A DNA stretch of 64,000 bases from Octopus sinensis. Its lineage: Eukaryota. Positions within the stretch are counted from its first letter, which is position 1. Every line of letters starts with the position of its first letter. Location: positions 26,536,001-26,600,000 of the forward strand of contig NC_043012.1 of NCBI RefSeq assembly GCF_006345805.1, given 5' to 3'. Below the pieces are notes generated by a model. It saw only the letters and a program-made list of their open reading frames with translations, had not been told where the DNA came from and did not search any database. Shown here in pieces: positions 1 through 11,949 of this stretch. A program made the position numbers and the translations under genes.

Positions 1-104
1 CGTTGCTAATCATTCATTCTCCAAACCCTTGTCTGTCTTTGTAACGTCCCCTCTTTCTGTAGACCAACTTGGTTAAATGAAAATTCGGTTCTTATTATTG
101 TTGT

Positions 105-122
105 CATTGAAGTAGTAGTAGT

Positions 123-194
<72 letters not shown>

Positions 195-635
195 TTTAGA
201 AATGGTGGTGGTAGCAGTGGTGGGTGATACTATTAGTAGTAATGATAGTGGTAGTAGTAATAGTGAAAGTTATAGCAGTAGTAGTAGTAGTGGTGGTGGT
301 AGGGGTAGTAGTGGTGTCAGTGATAACAGCTGTAGTGGCGATGATGGTCGTAGTATTAGTGGTGACAGTGATGGTGGTGGTGGAGGTAGTTGTAGTTGCT
401 GTTAAAGTAGCAGTAGTCGTGGCGCTGGTGGTAATGGTGGTATGGATGGTGGCAATGGTGATGGTAGTTGTAGCGGTAATATTAGTAGTGGCGGTGATGG
501 TGGTGGTGGTGGTGGTGGTAGTTGTAGCGGTAGTATTAATAATGGCGGTGATGGTGGTGGTGGTGGTGGTGGTAGTTGTAGCGGTAGTCTTATTAGTGGT
601 GGTGGCTCTGGTGATAGTGGTAGTGGTATTGTCAG
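105..635. repeat. compound GTA/GCA/GGT microsatellite block
   Basis: Runs of (GTA)n, (GCA)n and degenerate (GGT)n; these explain ORFs 202..405, 224..736 and 442..672. Confidence 0.95.
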
Positions 636-999
636 TTACCGCTGTTTTAGCGAGAAAGTCAATTCTGAATAAGCAAACTTATGTTCAAAGACGTCTGTCC
701 TTTGATCAGGGGTCGCCAAACTTCTTACATTATTGACCCCTTCAAAGAATCGTTGATAACTCATCGACCCCCTTCACCCCGTCATGTTAATTTGAAGATC
801 AAATTTTTAAAAAATGCATGATTTAATACAAAGAAAAGTTCTTGATTAACAAACAATAATTATTTCGTTCTTTTGTGCCTTTACCGTTGTTTTAATTAAT
901 AAGAAATAAAGAACTTTAAGAAAAAACTACTTTGCGAAATTGATAAAGAACTATAAAAATTTACTCATATTATCTGCTATTTATTTCCTAGTTGTTTTA

Positions 1000-1221
1000 G
1001 TCATTGGACTGCGGCCATGCTGAGTCACCGCCTTTTGCCAGATTTAGTCAAGCAAATCGGCCCTGGTACTTATTTCTAACTTATTCTATCGGATTCTTTT
1101 GCCGGACCACCAAGTTACTGGGTGGTAAATAAACCAACACCGGTTGTCAAGCTGGGATTGTTGACAAACACAAGCAGACACAGACACAGACACACACACA
1201 CAGAGACAGACAGACACACAC

Positions 1222-1261
<40 letters not shown>

Positions 1262-1470
1262 ACACACACACACACACACTCTCTCTCTCTCTCTCTCTCC
1301 CTCTCATGCAACATATAAGACGGGGTCTACACAGTTTCTGTCAACCAAATTTACTCACAAGGCCATCCTGGGACTTTAAAAGTAGATGTGTTTTCCTCCG
1401 CAAGGCGCTATGCAGTGGGATTGAATCCGAAACCAGATGATTGCAAAGCGAGCTTTCTAACCACACAGCC
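1000..1470 (-). mobile_element. tRNA-derived SINE family B with internal (CA)n
   Basis: Minus-strand head GGCTGTGTGGTTAGAAAGC...GGATTCAATCCCACTGC with Pol III A/B-box-like motifs, internal CA/CT microsatellite and tail ...CAGCATGGCCGCAGTCCAATGAC; homologous to the copy at 59694-60098. Confidence 0.85.
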
Positions 1471-1674
1471 AAGCTTCATACAATCAGAATATCTAATGTG
1501 GATTACGTGTTTTTCTACTGCATTGATATTTAACTGGAAATAGTGAGTTTCAGCCTTAAATCACCGTGTTCCTCTAGATTCATTTCGCTAAAAGCTCCCT
1601 TAATGCTCCCATAGGCTTCCACCACAATTAGGGGATTAATACTGACCTCTTTATCAACTCCTGTCTTTGATCAG

Positions 1675-1807
1675 AAGTTTGCCTGTCGGACATGGCTATC
1701 CATCCGGTAACAATAACGTCTTAGTCGACAGTGATTTGGTTGTTATTTCTAGCAAGTCCGATGGAGTGACCGCTAAGCGGCTCCCTATTGTTAATGATCG
1801 TGTTAAT
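1675..1807 (+). CDS. candidate internal exon, product unknown (SLPVGHGYPSGNNNVLVDSDLVVISSKSDGVTAKRLPIVNDRVN)
   Basis: Pyrimidine-rich acceptor ctcctgtctttgatcAG, donor AAT|gtaagt, only one frame open across 133 nt; no recognised homology. Confidence 0.25.
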
Positions 1808-1809
1808 GT

Positions 1810-2245
1810 AAGTGCAGTGGTAGTGGTAATGGAGGTGGCAGTGATAGTGGTGGTGGTGGTGGTGATGATGGTGATTGTGATGAGGTGGTGGTGGTGATAG
1901 TAGTAGGGGTGGTGAGTGGGGTGAGGGGATGGTGGCGATTGTGGTGTGCTGGTTATGATAGTGTTGGTGTTGATGTCGAAGGTGATGGAGGGAGTGGTAT
2001 TAATCGGGCAGTAGCGGTGGTGGTAGTGGTAGCACCAGTGGTGGTGATGGTGGTGGTGGTGGTGATGGTGGTGTTGCTGGTGCTGGTAATGGTGGTGGTA
2101 GTGGTGATGGTGGTAGTTGTGATGGAATTGGTGATCGTAGTGGTAACGGTAGAAGTGGCAATTGTGGTAGTAGTAGCAGGAATAATGGTAGTGGTGGTAG
2201 CACTGGTGGTAAAATTGCTAGTGGTGGTGGCGCTGGTGGTGCTAA
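1810..2245. repeat. degenerate (GGT/GTA)n low-complexity tract
   Basis: Source of the poly-V and poly-P ORFs 1885..2391 and 2000..2290. Confidence 0.95.
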
Positions 2246-2582
2246 TATTTTATACAACTCTGCCAGGCTGTTTACATAGGATTTATTCATTTCAGTGTTT
2301 GCTCCGAGGAATTTTCGAAAGCTTGATTAGTGACTCTTCGTTTGTATTTTTATTGTTGTTGCCATCCCCAATATTCTCCTCAACGCAGTAGCAGCGGCAG
2401 CAGCAGCAGTAGTAGCAGTAGTAACAGTAGTAATAGTAGTAGTAGTAATAAGTTGTAGTTTTTACAGTTGTAGTTCACTAACATAACAAGCGTCACCGTC
2501 GTCTTATTTGCTACTACTACTACTACTACTACTAATACTACTTCTACTACTGCTACTACTACTAATACTGCTGCTGCTGCTG

Positions 2583-2616
<34 letters not shown>

Positions 2617-3476
2617 AATGAAGATTAAACTAGATTAATCCAGCTCCAGCGGCCTGAAAAACCGAAGGCGATGTCGTCAGTGTTCAAATTCAGGATCACT
2701 AAATAATTTGTTGACCATAGTTGCAGAAACAAACAATATGTTATGTTGGCAAACAATCTTTATTATACGTATTTGTTCTCATAACTTGCACATCACTCTT
2801 TGTGCATAGCAGCTGAGGTGAAAAAAAACGTTCAGTATGTTGTTATTTAAGGTAGGTACTTGCCAAGACAGTAAACAAAACGCTCGCACAATGTAGCAAT
2901 ATAACATATCGCACCGTTGATTTTTTCTTATCATACACAGAGCTTTTTGCAGTACTTCACCTCTTTTAGCGGATGTCTAAGGTAGGCATTAAAGCTTACG
3001 GCTTCAAAGGAAAAGTACACACAGTCCTAAAGAAAACCGCAGACGCTTGTAGAAATCGTGATCTGTCACATACCGAATAACACATTTGAATAACACATGC
3101 ATTTAACTCCATTTATTTATTTATTTATTATTATACAAAATATTGTTGCCACACCCCACCTCATCCTCCTGCGTCCACCGAACAGCTGTTTCTCCTTACT
3201 GTCTTAGAGCCCTCATCTTAGTTTCTTCACACAGCACAACCTTATTGCATCATATTGAAGAAATGACGGAGAGTCATTCTACATGATAGCACATAGGCCA
3301 AGAAACCCTTTTTTATAGCCTTTTCTTAACTGTCCGCTATCTTCCCTTACAATCTACAGATATTTATCGCTACGTCTTTAATACATTTTATTGATTATTC
3401 ACTAATCTTTCTCCTTAACGAGCACCATCATCTGTCATTAATTATTGACCCTCCAACTCCCGTCTAGCTGACTCAC

Positions 3477-3581
3477 TAATCCGGCCCACATAAGCTTCCG
3501 TTCCGGAAACAATAATGATGAAGACGATTCTGTTAGTATCTTTCTCTGGTCTGTCTAGAATGTAGCGGCCGCCATATTTTC
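3477..3581 (-). CDS. candidate exon, product unknown (KYGGRYILDRPEKDTNRIVFIIIVSGTEAYVGRI)
   Basis: Minus-strand caacAG acceptor with weak pyrimidine tract, donor ATTA|gtgagt, 105 nt open in phase 1/1. Confidence 0.15.
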
Positions 3582-3614
3582 CTGTTGGTTCTCATAAATA
3601 TATTCCTGTGCGTT

Positions 3615-3616
3615 TA

Positions 3617-3658
<42 letters not shown>

Positions 3659-3869
3659 TCAAAAATAACGATAATAATATGTTACCGATAAAAACTATTA
3701 CAAATGAGTAACAATGAGAATGGTGGTAATGATGGCAGTGATGATGATGATGATGATGATGATGTAGATGATAATCGTGACGACGATGGCGACGACGGGA
3801 ACGGCCAAGACGACGATGATGACAACGACGATAAATGAGGAGGGTGGTAATGAAGATCATAATGACGAA

Positions 3870-3925
<56 letters not shown>

Positions 3926-4334
3926 CGATGACGACGTTGTTGATGATGATAATTTTGCCGATGATGACGACGATGATGACAACGACGCTGATGTTGGTGA
4001 CAATGATGATGGGGCGGTGAAGAGAATTGTGATGATAATGGCTGTTAAAGCGTTAATGATAACGGGGATAATGGTGTTACGTATGATGATGTTGATGATG
4101 TTGACGATGACCGTATGTGGTGGAGGTAGTGAGTGGTGGTAGAACTAGTTTCATGAGTGGTAGTGTGGTTCTAGCATTTATGATAAATGCTGCTGCTGCT
4201 GCTGTTGGTGTTCATCATCATCTCACCACCGCCACCATCACCAGCACCACCACTATCATCATCATCATTATTCTTATTACTATTATTATTATTATTATTG
4301 CTGTTGTTGTTATCGTTGTTGTTGTTGCTGTTAT

Positions 4335-4410
<76 letters not shown>
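3615..4410. repeat. compound (AAT)/(GAT)/(ATT)/(ACT) microsatellites
   Basis: Direct reading of the sequence. Confidence 0.95.
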
Positions 4411-4411
<1 letters not shown>

Positions 4412-4416
4412 ATGAT

Positions 4417-4812
4417 GTGGCGAGAGCTGGCAGAATTGTTTAGCACGCCGGGCGAAGTGCTTAGCGGTATTTCGTCTGCCGCTACGTTCTGAGTTCAAAT
4501 TCCGCCGAGGTCGACTTTGCCTTTCATCCTTTCGGGGTCGATTAACTAAGTACCAGTTCCGCACTGGGGTTGATATATAATCGAATTAATCCGTTTGTCT
4601 GTCCTTGTTTGTCCCTTCTGTGTGTAGCCCCTTGTGGGCAGTAAAGAAATATGTATTTCATCTGTATTTACGTTGTGAGTTCAAATTCCGCCTAGGTCGA
4701 CTCTGCTTTTCACTCTTTCGGGGTCGATAAATAAAGTACCAGTTGCGTACTGAGGTTGATCTATCGACCGCTCCACTTCCCCAAAATTTCGGGCCTTGTA
4801 CCTAGAAAGGAT
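4417..4812 (+). mobile_element. SINE family A, one head plus duplicated body
   Basis: Head GGCGAGAGCTGGCAGAA...GAGTTCAAATTCCGCC; core GAGGTCGACTTTGCCTTTCATCCTTTCGGGGTCGAT present twice. Confidence 0.9.
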
Positions 4813-4819
4813 TATTTCA

Positions 4820-4882
<63 letters not shown>

Positions 4883-4907
4883 ATTATAATTATAATTATT
4901 ATTATTA

Positions 4908-4967
<60 letters not shown>

Positions 4968-5030
4968 TATTATTATTATTATTATTATCATTATTATTAT
5001 TATTATTATTACTAGTATTATTACTATGGA
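4820..5030. repeat. (ATT)n microsatellite
   Basis: Direct reading of the sequence. Confidence 0.97.
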
Positions 5031-5622
5031 TACCTGACCATATCGAAACATTTTTGAATTTCCGATTGTTAAATTTTTTTTGGTACCATATTTGAAAATA
5101 TAAAAAATAACAATAGAAACGTGTGTATAATACGAAATTCAACAAGAAGAGATAAAGAATAAAGTTAATTACTTTATAGCAGACGAATAAAACCCGAGTA
5201 AATTAATATAATCATTGTGAAATGCAATAAAATAATCAAATAATTTAATAATATATGAAGTAAAACATTATATTTAACATTACATTATATTTTAGGAGAA
5301 TATTTACAATTATATGAAGAATGTAACAATAAAAAATGGTTTGAGTGACTTTTGAGGATATGAGACAATGGTAAAATAGACGAATATAAACAATTAATAT
5401 ATAACAATATGTTTCTCGGTGTTTAAATAGATGGAGATTTGCGATTCTGTGTTAAAGTCAACTATAGCTGACTTTAACGTTATTTCTATTGAAGGTTTTT
5501 ATGGTAGGCAAACATATCTTCATGTGAATTTAATTCTCATGGTTGACTTTAACAGAATTTGTATTAAACATTTTATGTTAACGCAGTGTGTCTATTTTTT
5601 ACGGTAACTACGTATTTAACAG

Positions 5623-5821
5623 ATATTGGAATGGCCAATAAAGTTGCCTTGTTCGAAAACAGTTTTAGCGAAAAGCGGTGTCTTTGACAAACTAATACAT
5701 AGATGTATGGCTGTACTAATAATACAAAGCCCAGAAACAGAAAAAAATATGAAACGGTCCTATAAGCTCATAAAACATTTACATAGAACTAACTATATCA
5801 AGGAAATGCCTAACTTGATTA
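5623..5821 (+). CDS. candidate internal exon, product unknown (ILEWPIKLPCSKTVLAKSGVFDKLIHRCMAVLIIQSPETEKNMKRSYKLIKHLHRTNYIKEMPNLI)
   Basis: Acceptor tatttaacAG, donor ATTA|gtaagc, 199 nt non-repetitive and stop-free in one frame. Confidence 0.3.
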
Positions 5822-5843
5822 GTAAGCACTGCAATACTCCATG

Positions 5844-5949
<106 letters not shown>

Positions 5950-6016
5950 CATATATACATGCATGTATACATACATACGTACATACATACATGCATATAT
6001 ATAATATATATATATA

Positions 6017-6120
6017 TCCTCGGTAGTATAGTGGTAAGTATTCCCCCCTGTCACGCGGGAGACCGAGTTTCGCTGGGGAGGTCCATTTTTTTCACAGGCG
6101 GTGTCCCAGCATGGTCGCAG
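6017..6120 (+). pseudogene. tRNA-Asp(GTC)-derived pseudogene or short SINE
   Basis: TCCTCGGTAGTATAGTGGTAAGTATTCCCCCCTGTCACGCGGGAGACC matches the eukaryotic tRNA-Asp 5-prime half with anticodon loop CTGTCAC; the T-arm is partly deleted; followed by T7 and the SINE-B tail motif GGCGGTGTCCCAGCATGGTCGCAG. Confidence 0.85.
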
Positions 6121-6140
6121 CCTCAAGGATTATATCAAAG

Positions 6141-6179
<39 letters not shown>

Positions 6180-6975
6180 GATAACACTTAGTTATAATTC
6201 TATGAAAGTCAGCTACAGTTGTTTGGATGGCATAGGTCACACATTTCCAGCCATTATCGAAAATCAACTAACAAAATCAACTCATCTGCAGCAATATTTA
6301 AAACCCTTTCCCAAACGGAAATTACTTGCCGAAGGCTCTCATATAGAGAGCAGATGTGAAATGTGTACATAGCATGGAAACTGCATATAGATTAATGAGT
6401 TAGTTGAAAATATTTTATCCATTCATTGAAGCTCAACTACAGTTCCTTATGAAAATACAGCGGGTACATGAAAGACAGAAAAGCGGCCGTTTCGGTGAGA
6501 TATAACGTAGTTATAAAAGCAAAATCATTCAACGATTCTGCTCGTATTTGTAAAAAAGAAAAAAAAAACGCAGGAAAAATAAACTACTAGCATCTTATAA
6601 CGCTTGCACCAGCGCCTTGAAATAAGAGCTAGTACCTTTTCTGCTTGCTTACACATTAAAAGATTCAGTCTTCAATCTTTTAGAACACGCCTCGGTGCGA
6701 TTCACATTAGAATTACAAATTACTTAAACTACAAATCCGTTAAATGCGTAATTGAAATTCAGAATTAATTGTGTGAGAAATGAAATCAGGAAGTTCGGGA
6801 TTTGATGCATGAAAATATGAACTTCCGACAAAAGGAAGCAATACGTTAGTTCTCCTTAAATTACTTCCACTTTAAAGAACAATGATCTAAATATAATTTT
6901 TCCAGATAACTTATATCTAATGTGAATTATTAAAACCTGCACATCTCATCCTTTTAGGTGTATGGTATCTCTACA

Positions 6976-7199
6976 CAGGGTGCGACAGAAAGATTGCTCT
7001 GATTTGAAAGGTTACTAAAAAACAAACACATGAAGATACAAGAAAAAAATGCTCTCCACTCCAGGCCATGATGGATACTATCTGAAACAAAAAGAAAATG
7101 GCATTTAATGAACTTCATAGAAATACAAAGTTTATTCATGCATCTTCATGTGTTTTTTATTAACCTTTGAAATCAAGGCAACCTTTCTGTTGCACGCTG
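6976..7199. mobile_element. Tc1/mariner-type MITE
   Basis: About 65-bp imperfect TIRs (CAGGGTGCGACAGAAAGATTGC... / ...GCAACCTTTCTGTTGCACGCTG), TA at the right end, no coding capacity. Confidence 0.8.
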
Positions 7200-7568
7200 T
7201 ATATTATCAAATATGTCCTAATATTTGCTGCCCAATTTAAGATGAAACGGTGTGTATATAAGACGAAATAGTGCAGTTACTATTGAACTGAACGAAATTA
7301 TTGAGATATCCTGCCTGTTTTGAGGGGTGCCGTGGGGGTAATTACAATTGAGATGGAATGCTCTTATTCTCTTTTATCAATATCACATGTGAAAAATTCA
7401 ACAATAAATAAATAAATAAATAAATAATAAATAAATAAATAAATAAATTCAAGACGTCTTCAAAAATGGAGAGAAGAGTAACATTTCAGGAGTCGACGAT
7501 CTTCCATACAAATTCGATTCGTATTTTAATTGCTAGACTTGCTTGCTTCGCTCGTTTTATTCGGTCAG

Positions 7569-7625
7569 TATGGTAGACCAATGGAAATAGAACGGGATCA
7601 TTTCCAGTCAGTTGAACGCAAATGT
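7569..7625 (+). CDS. candidate 57-nt exon (YGRPMEIERDHFQSVERKC)
   Basis: Long pyrimidine tract ...ttttattcggtcAG, donor TGT|gtgagt, phase 0/0. Confidence 0.2.
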
Positions 7626-7858
7626 GTGAGTCGTATAACTGAGAAAAGAAACAGAGGAAGATAAATCAATATTTGATTGCTAAATCAAGATTTGATTGCT
7701 GGCCTTGAAACCAGCTTAAAGTCAGAGTTAAGAAATTTGTTTAAAACTACAACGAAGTTTGAGCTTCTTATGGTTGCGTTATATCACTTCAGAGCAAAGC
7801 TTTCCTCTATAACTTCTACTCTTTAACTCGCTGCCGGTAGGTTAACGCGTTTGGTTAG

Positions 7859-7936
7859 AATTTAGTAGCTACTCTGAAAATTGATTTATTACATTCCGTT
7901 TCATTGTATTCCACACTGGCCCAGACCAGCTTTCAA
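7859..7936 (+). CDS. candidate 78-nt exon (NLVATLKIDLLHSVSLYSTLAQTSFQ)
   Basis: Acceptor tttggttAG, donor CAA|gtgagt, phase 0/0, compatible with 7569-7625. Confidence 0.18.
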
Positions 7937-8594
7937 GTGAGTTCTCAATATAATATGTAACATTAATAATGGCCTTCTTGAACTACTTGTATTACTCAGC
8001 AGCTTCTTTTTACTTTTACTGTTCAGCATGTCTTATTTATTATAAGATATAATACGCCATTTTCTTTATTACTTTTTGCAATGTTTCACTTTCTATTTTG
8101 GTTTTATATAAGCTCCTACTGTTGAGATGTGTTAGATTTAATTCTGTCACGTTCCAGTTCCTTGTAAGAAAATTATTAGTGGTGGTAGTGATTTATTGAA
8201 ACGAAGATTTTAGAATTATGAAATTCTTTGTTGATTTTTTATTTCAATTAGTTCTCTTTTGACTGGTTGAAACAGTTAATATCCCATATCCACAACTTTC
8301 TCTCCATGATATTATAGATAGTGGAGTGGTGTTGAGGAAGAAAGCAATATCTCCGACTATCTGGGATTTTTCTTTCTTTTTTGCCGAAAGAAATCAAACT
8401 AAACTGAAATTATAATATGTATAGGTGAGTTGGTTCAAAGATGTTATTGCCAGAAATGTGGAACAATTTAAAGAAAGTCTTCAGTGATATTAGTTGGCAT
8501 ACTTGTCAGATATTTGTAAAGAAAGGATGTAATTAATCAGAAGCTACCCAAGTACATTTTTAGCACTTAACTTACCGACGCTGAATAAATTCTT

Positions 8595-9555
8595 TTCTAC
8601 TCGAGGCACAAGGCCCGAAATTTTGGCTGAGGGGCCAGTCGATTAGATCGATATTTAGTTTATCGACCCCGAAAGGATGAAAGGCAAACTCGAGCTCAGG
8701 GGAATTTGAACTCAGAACTTAACAACGGGCAAAATACTTATTTCTATTTCTTTATTACCCACAAGGGGCTAAACATAGAAGGGACAAACAAGGACAGACA
8801 TAGGTATTAAGTCGATTACATCGACACAAGTGCGTAACTGGTACTTAATTTATCGACCCCGAAAGGATGAAAGGCAAACTCGACCTCAGAGGAATTTGAA
8901 CTCAGAACTTAACGACGGGCGAAATACCGCTAAACATTTCGCCCGGCGTGATAACGTTTCTGCCAGCTCGCCGCCAAGCAATAATAATCTTTTCTACTCT
9001 TGGCACAAGGCCCGAAATTTTTGGGGAGGGGGCCAGTCAATTAGATCGTCCCCAGTCCGCAACTGTTACTTAATTTATCGACCCCGAGAAAATGAAAGGC
9101 GGAATTTGAACTCAGAACATAAAGACAGACGAAATACCTATTTCTTTATTACCCACAAGGAGCTAAACACAGAGAGGACAAACAAGGACAGACAAACGGA
9201 TTAAGTCGATTATATCGACCCCGGTGCGTAACTGGTACTTAATTTATCGACCCCGAAAGGATGAAAGGCAAAGTCGACCTCGGTGGAATTTGAACTCAGA
9301 ACGTAGAGGCAGACGAAATACCTATTTCTTTATTACCCACAAGGGGCTAACCATAAAGGAGACAAACAAGGACAGACAAACGGATTAAGTCGATTATATC
9401 GACCCCAGTGCTTAACTGGTACTTAATTTATCGATCCCGAAAGGATGAAAGGCAAAATCGACCTCGGCGGAATTTGAACTCACAACGTAACGGCAATCGA
9501 AATACCGCTAAGCACTTCGCCCGGCGTACTAACGTCTCTGTCAGCCCGCTGCCTT
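8595..9555 (-). mobile_element. cluster of SINE family A copies, including a concatemer
   Basis: Five occurrences of ATCGACCCCGA(A/G)A-type core in the same orientation; the 184-bp unit recurs at 9128 and 9312. Confidence 0.9.
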
Positions 9556-9652
9556 CCACGCCGAATAAATTGAAAGGCGAATTGCAAATTTAAATTTCGT
9601 CGGCAATTTGAACCCAGAACGTAGAAAGAGAATAATAATGATGAAAAATTTT

Positions 9653-9960
9653 GCACTCCGACGGTTACGGCGACCAGGGTTCCAGCTGAACCGGTCAGCA
9701 GTACAGCCCGCTCGCGAAATAAACTTGCTAGTGGTTGAGTACTCCATAGGCATACGAATACTTAAAGTAGTTCTCAGTGTGACACACCGAATGTAACAAG
9801 GCTGGCTCCTTGAAATTAAAGACGCTACTCATTTTTTCCAGTTGAATGGGCTGGAACAGCGTGAAATAAAGCATTTTGCTCAAGGACACAACGCGTCAGC
9901 AGGAATCGAACTCACGACCTTCCGATCGGAAGCAACCTACCTTAACCACTAAGCTACGCA
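9653..9960 (-). mobile_element. SINE family C (tRNA head, CORE-like centre)
   Basis: Minus-strand TAGCTTAGTGGTTAAGG...GTGAGTTCGATTCC, then TGTGTCCTTGAGCAA, and a tail like that of 27561-27881. Confidence 0.8.
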
Positions 9961-10147
9961 GAGATATGGATAAAGATGAATACATTTATGAAAATTAAAG
10001 ATATTTAGCGTCCAAATTATTTTGCATTCCTCGAAGGTATATTTTGTAAGTATTTTCTGGATTTATCTAGAATTTAGTGATGATGACATTTCAGTAGATC
10101 CAGCGCCACCATTGGCAATACTTAGGATTGTGTTTAGTTTCACATCG

Positions 10148-10167
10148 AGAAGATAATCGTTCGGAAC

Positions 10168-10198
<31 letters not shown>

Positions 10199-10700
10199 CT
10201 CTTCTTCTTCTTCTTCTTCTTCTTCTTCTTCTTCTTCTTCTTCTTCTTCTTCTTCTCTTCTTCTTCTTCTCCTCCTCCTCCTTCTGCTTCTCCTTCTTCT
10301 TCAACGTCCTACTCTTCCTTCTTATTTTGCCGCCGCCACAACCACCACGTACCCTTCCTCTTCCTCACCTTTCTATTCGTCTTCAACCTCCTACTCCTCC
10401 ACCTTCTTCTTCTACCTCCACCAACACCACCACTACCACTACCACTACCACTACCACCACCAACACACCTTCCACCTCCTCTTCTTCTTCTTCATCTTCA
10501 ACCTCCTACTCTTCCTCACCACCACCACCACCACCACCGCTACCGCCGCCACCACCTCCACCATCACAACCACTTCCTCCTCCTACTTCTTCGTCTTCTT
10601 CAACCCCTCCCCTTCTCTTTCTTCTTCTTCAACCCCCCTCCACCCTTCTTCTTCAACCTCCCCTTCTACTCCTTCTCCTCCTCCTGCCCCTTCTTCTTGT
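10148..10700. repeat. (TTC)n plus CCT/CCA-rich pyrimidine-biased tract
   Basis: About 35 TTC units followed by about 450 nt of degenerate CCT/CCA/CTT. Confidence 0.95.
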
Positions 10701-10923
10701 CCCTTTTATCAACTCTATTCAAGGGTAACTGTTTTAATACAATGTGTGTGCGCGTGTGTGTGGGGGGTGGCTATAAATTTTTTTACTAGTTTTAATTATT
10801 CTAATTAGATTTAAAGCTCTGGCTAAATATGACAAAGTTAACGGCTGAAAGAATTGCACACAAACGAAAATTTTCCACGTAGCGACGAAAGCCGTCATCA
10901 CTCGCAGTGCCGACCTAACACAT

Positions 10924-10956
<33 letters not shown>

Positions 10957-11236
10957 ACACACACACATACACACACACACACACATACACACACACACAT
11001 TTTTTTTTTATTCATTCCGCCTCTTGCAATCAGTAAACTAAGGCCATGCAAGGCAATCGCCTTTGCTTAGTCGAAGACGTCGTTCTCAGTACTTTATGTA
11101 GTCTGGTACCTATTTTGTACTCACTTTTTACCGAACAAGTTACGGAGACAGTTTTATATTTAAGAGATGAGGAACCATGTACATGATTTACATTATTTAC
11201 TTTCGACGGATATTTGTCCTCATCCTGTTTGTTGTT

Positions 11237-11282
11237 GATACAACGTTTCGGCTGATATACCCTCCAGCCTTCATCAGGTGTC
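11237..11282 (-). ncRNA. minimal type I hammerhead-ribozyme-like motif in a Penelope-type terminus
   Basis: Minus strand GACAC-CTGATGA-A-GGCTG(10 nt)CAGCC-GAA-ACGT-T-GTATC: canonical core, 5-bp stem II, palindromic stem III, stem I with 4 of 5 pairs. Confidence 0.6.
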
Positions 11283-11325
11283 TTGGATAAATGTCTTGGG
11301 TTCTCATTCCTAAGGTATTTTTCGA

Positions 11326-11362
<37 letters not shown>

Positions 11363-11369
11363 GTTATAA

Positions 11370-11436
<67 letters not shown>

Positions 11437-11539
11437 GAGTGAGAGAGCAGTTCATGCCATCAAAGTGACACTGGGGTAAAATATACGAAGCCCAATATAC
11501 CCATCATGACTACCTGTCTGATAAAGGTACACCAGGCAC
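11437..11539 (-). mobile_element. 5-prime-truncated (AAT)n-tailed retroposon
   Basis: Matches the 3-prime end of 42339-42888; (ATT)n on both sides. Confidence 0.85.
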
Positions 11540-11591
<52 letters not shown>

Positions 11592-11949
11592 TTTTTATTA
11601 TTATTATTATTTTTATTATTATTGTTCACGTCACTGCTTGGAATCGACGTTGTCTTAACAACGAACAAGATGAGGACAAATATATGTTAAACGTAAATAA
11701 TGTAAATAAAGTTACGGAGACGTAAAAAAAAAGTCCACTGATTGCCACCTGGGATTCTGCATTAATCTCGTCTGCCACATCCATTCGTAAGACATTGGCC
11801 GGATCCGGGCTATGAAAGAAAACCTTTGCCCGAGGTACTGCGCGGTAGGACTGAACCCTAAGCCTCGTGGTTACTAAACGAACTTGCTAACAACACAGCC
11901 ATGCTTTCACATATACACACACACGCGCACACACACATATCTACCTATT

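Noticed and set aside
707-800. hAT transposon end CAGGGGTCGCCAAAC
   Set aside because: No matching opposite TIR or TSD was found nearby
6017-6080. Functional tRNA-Asp gene
   Set aside because: The T-loop and 3-prime T-stem are deleted and the anticodon stem has a mismatch, so no cloverleaf forms
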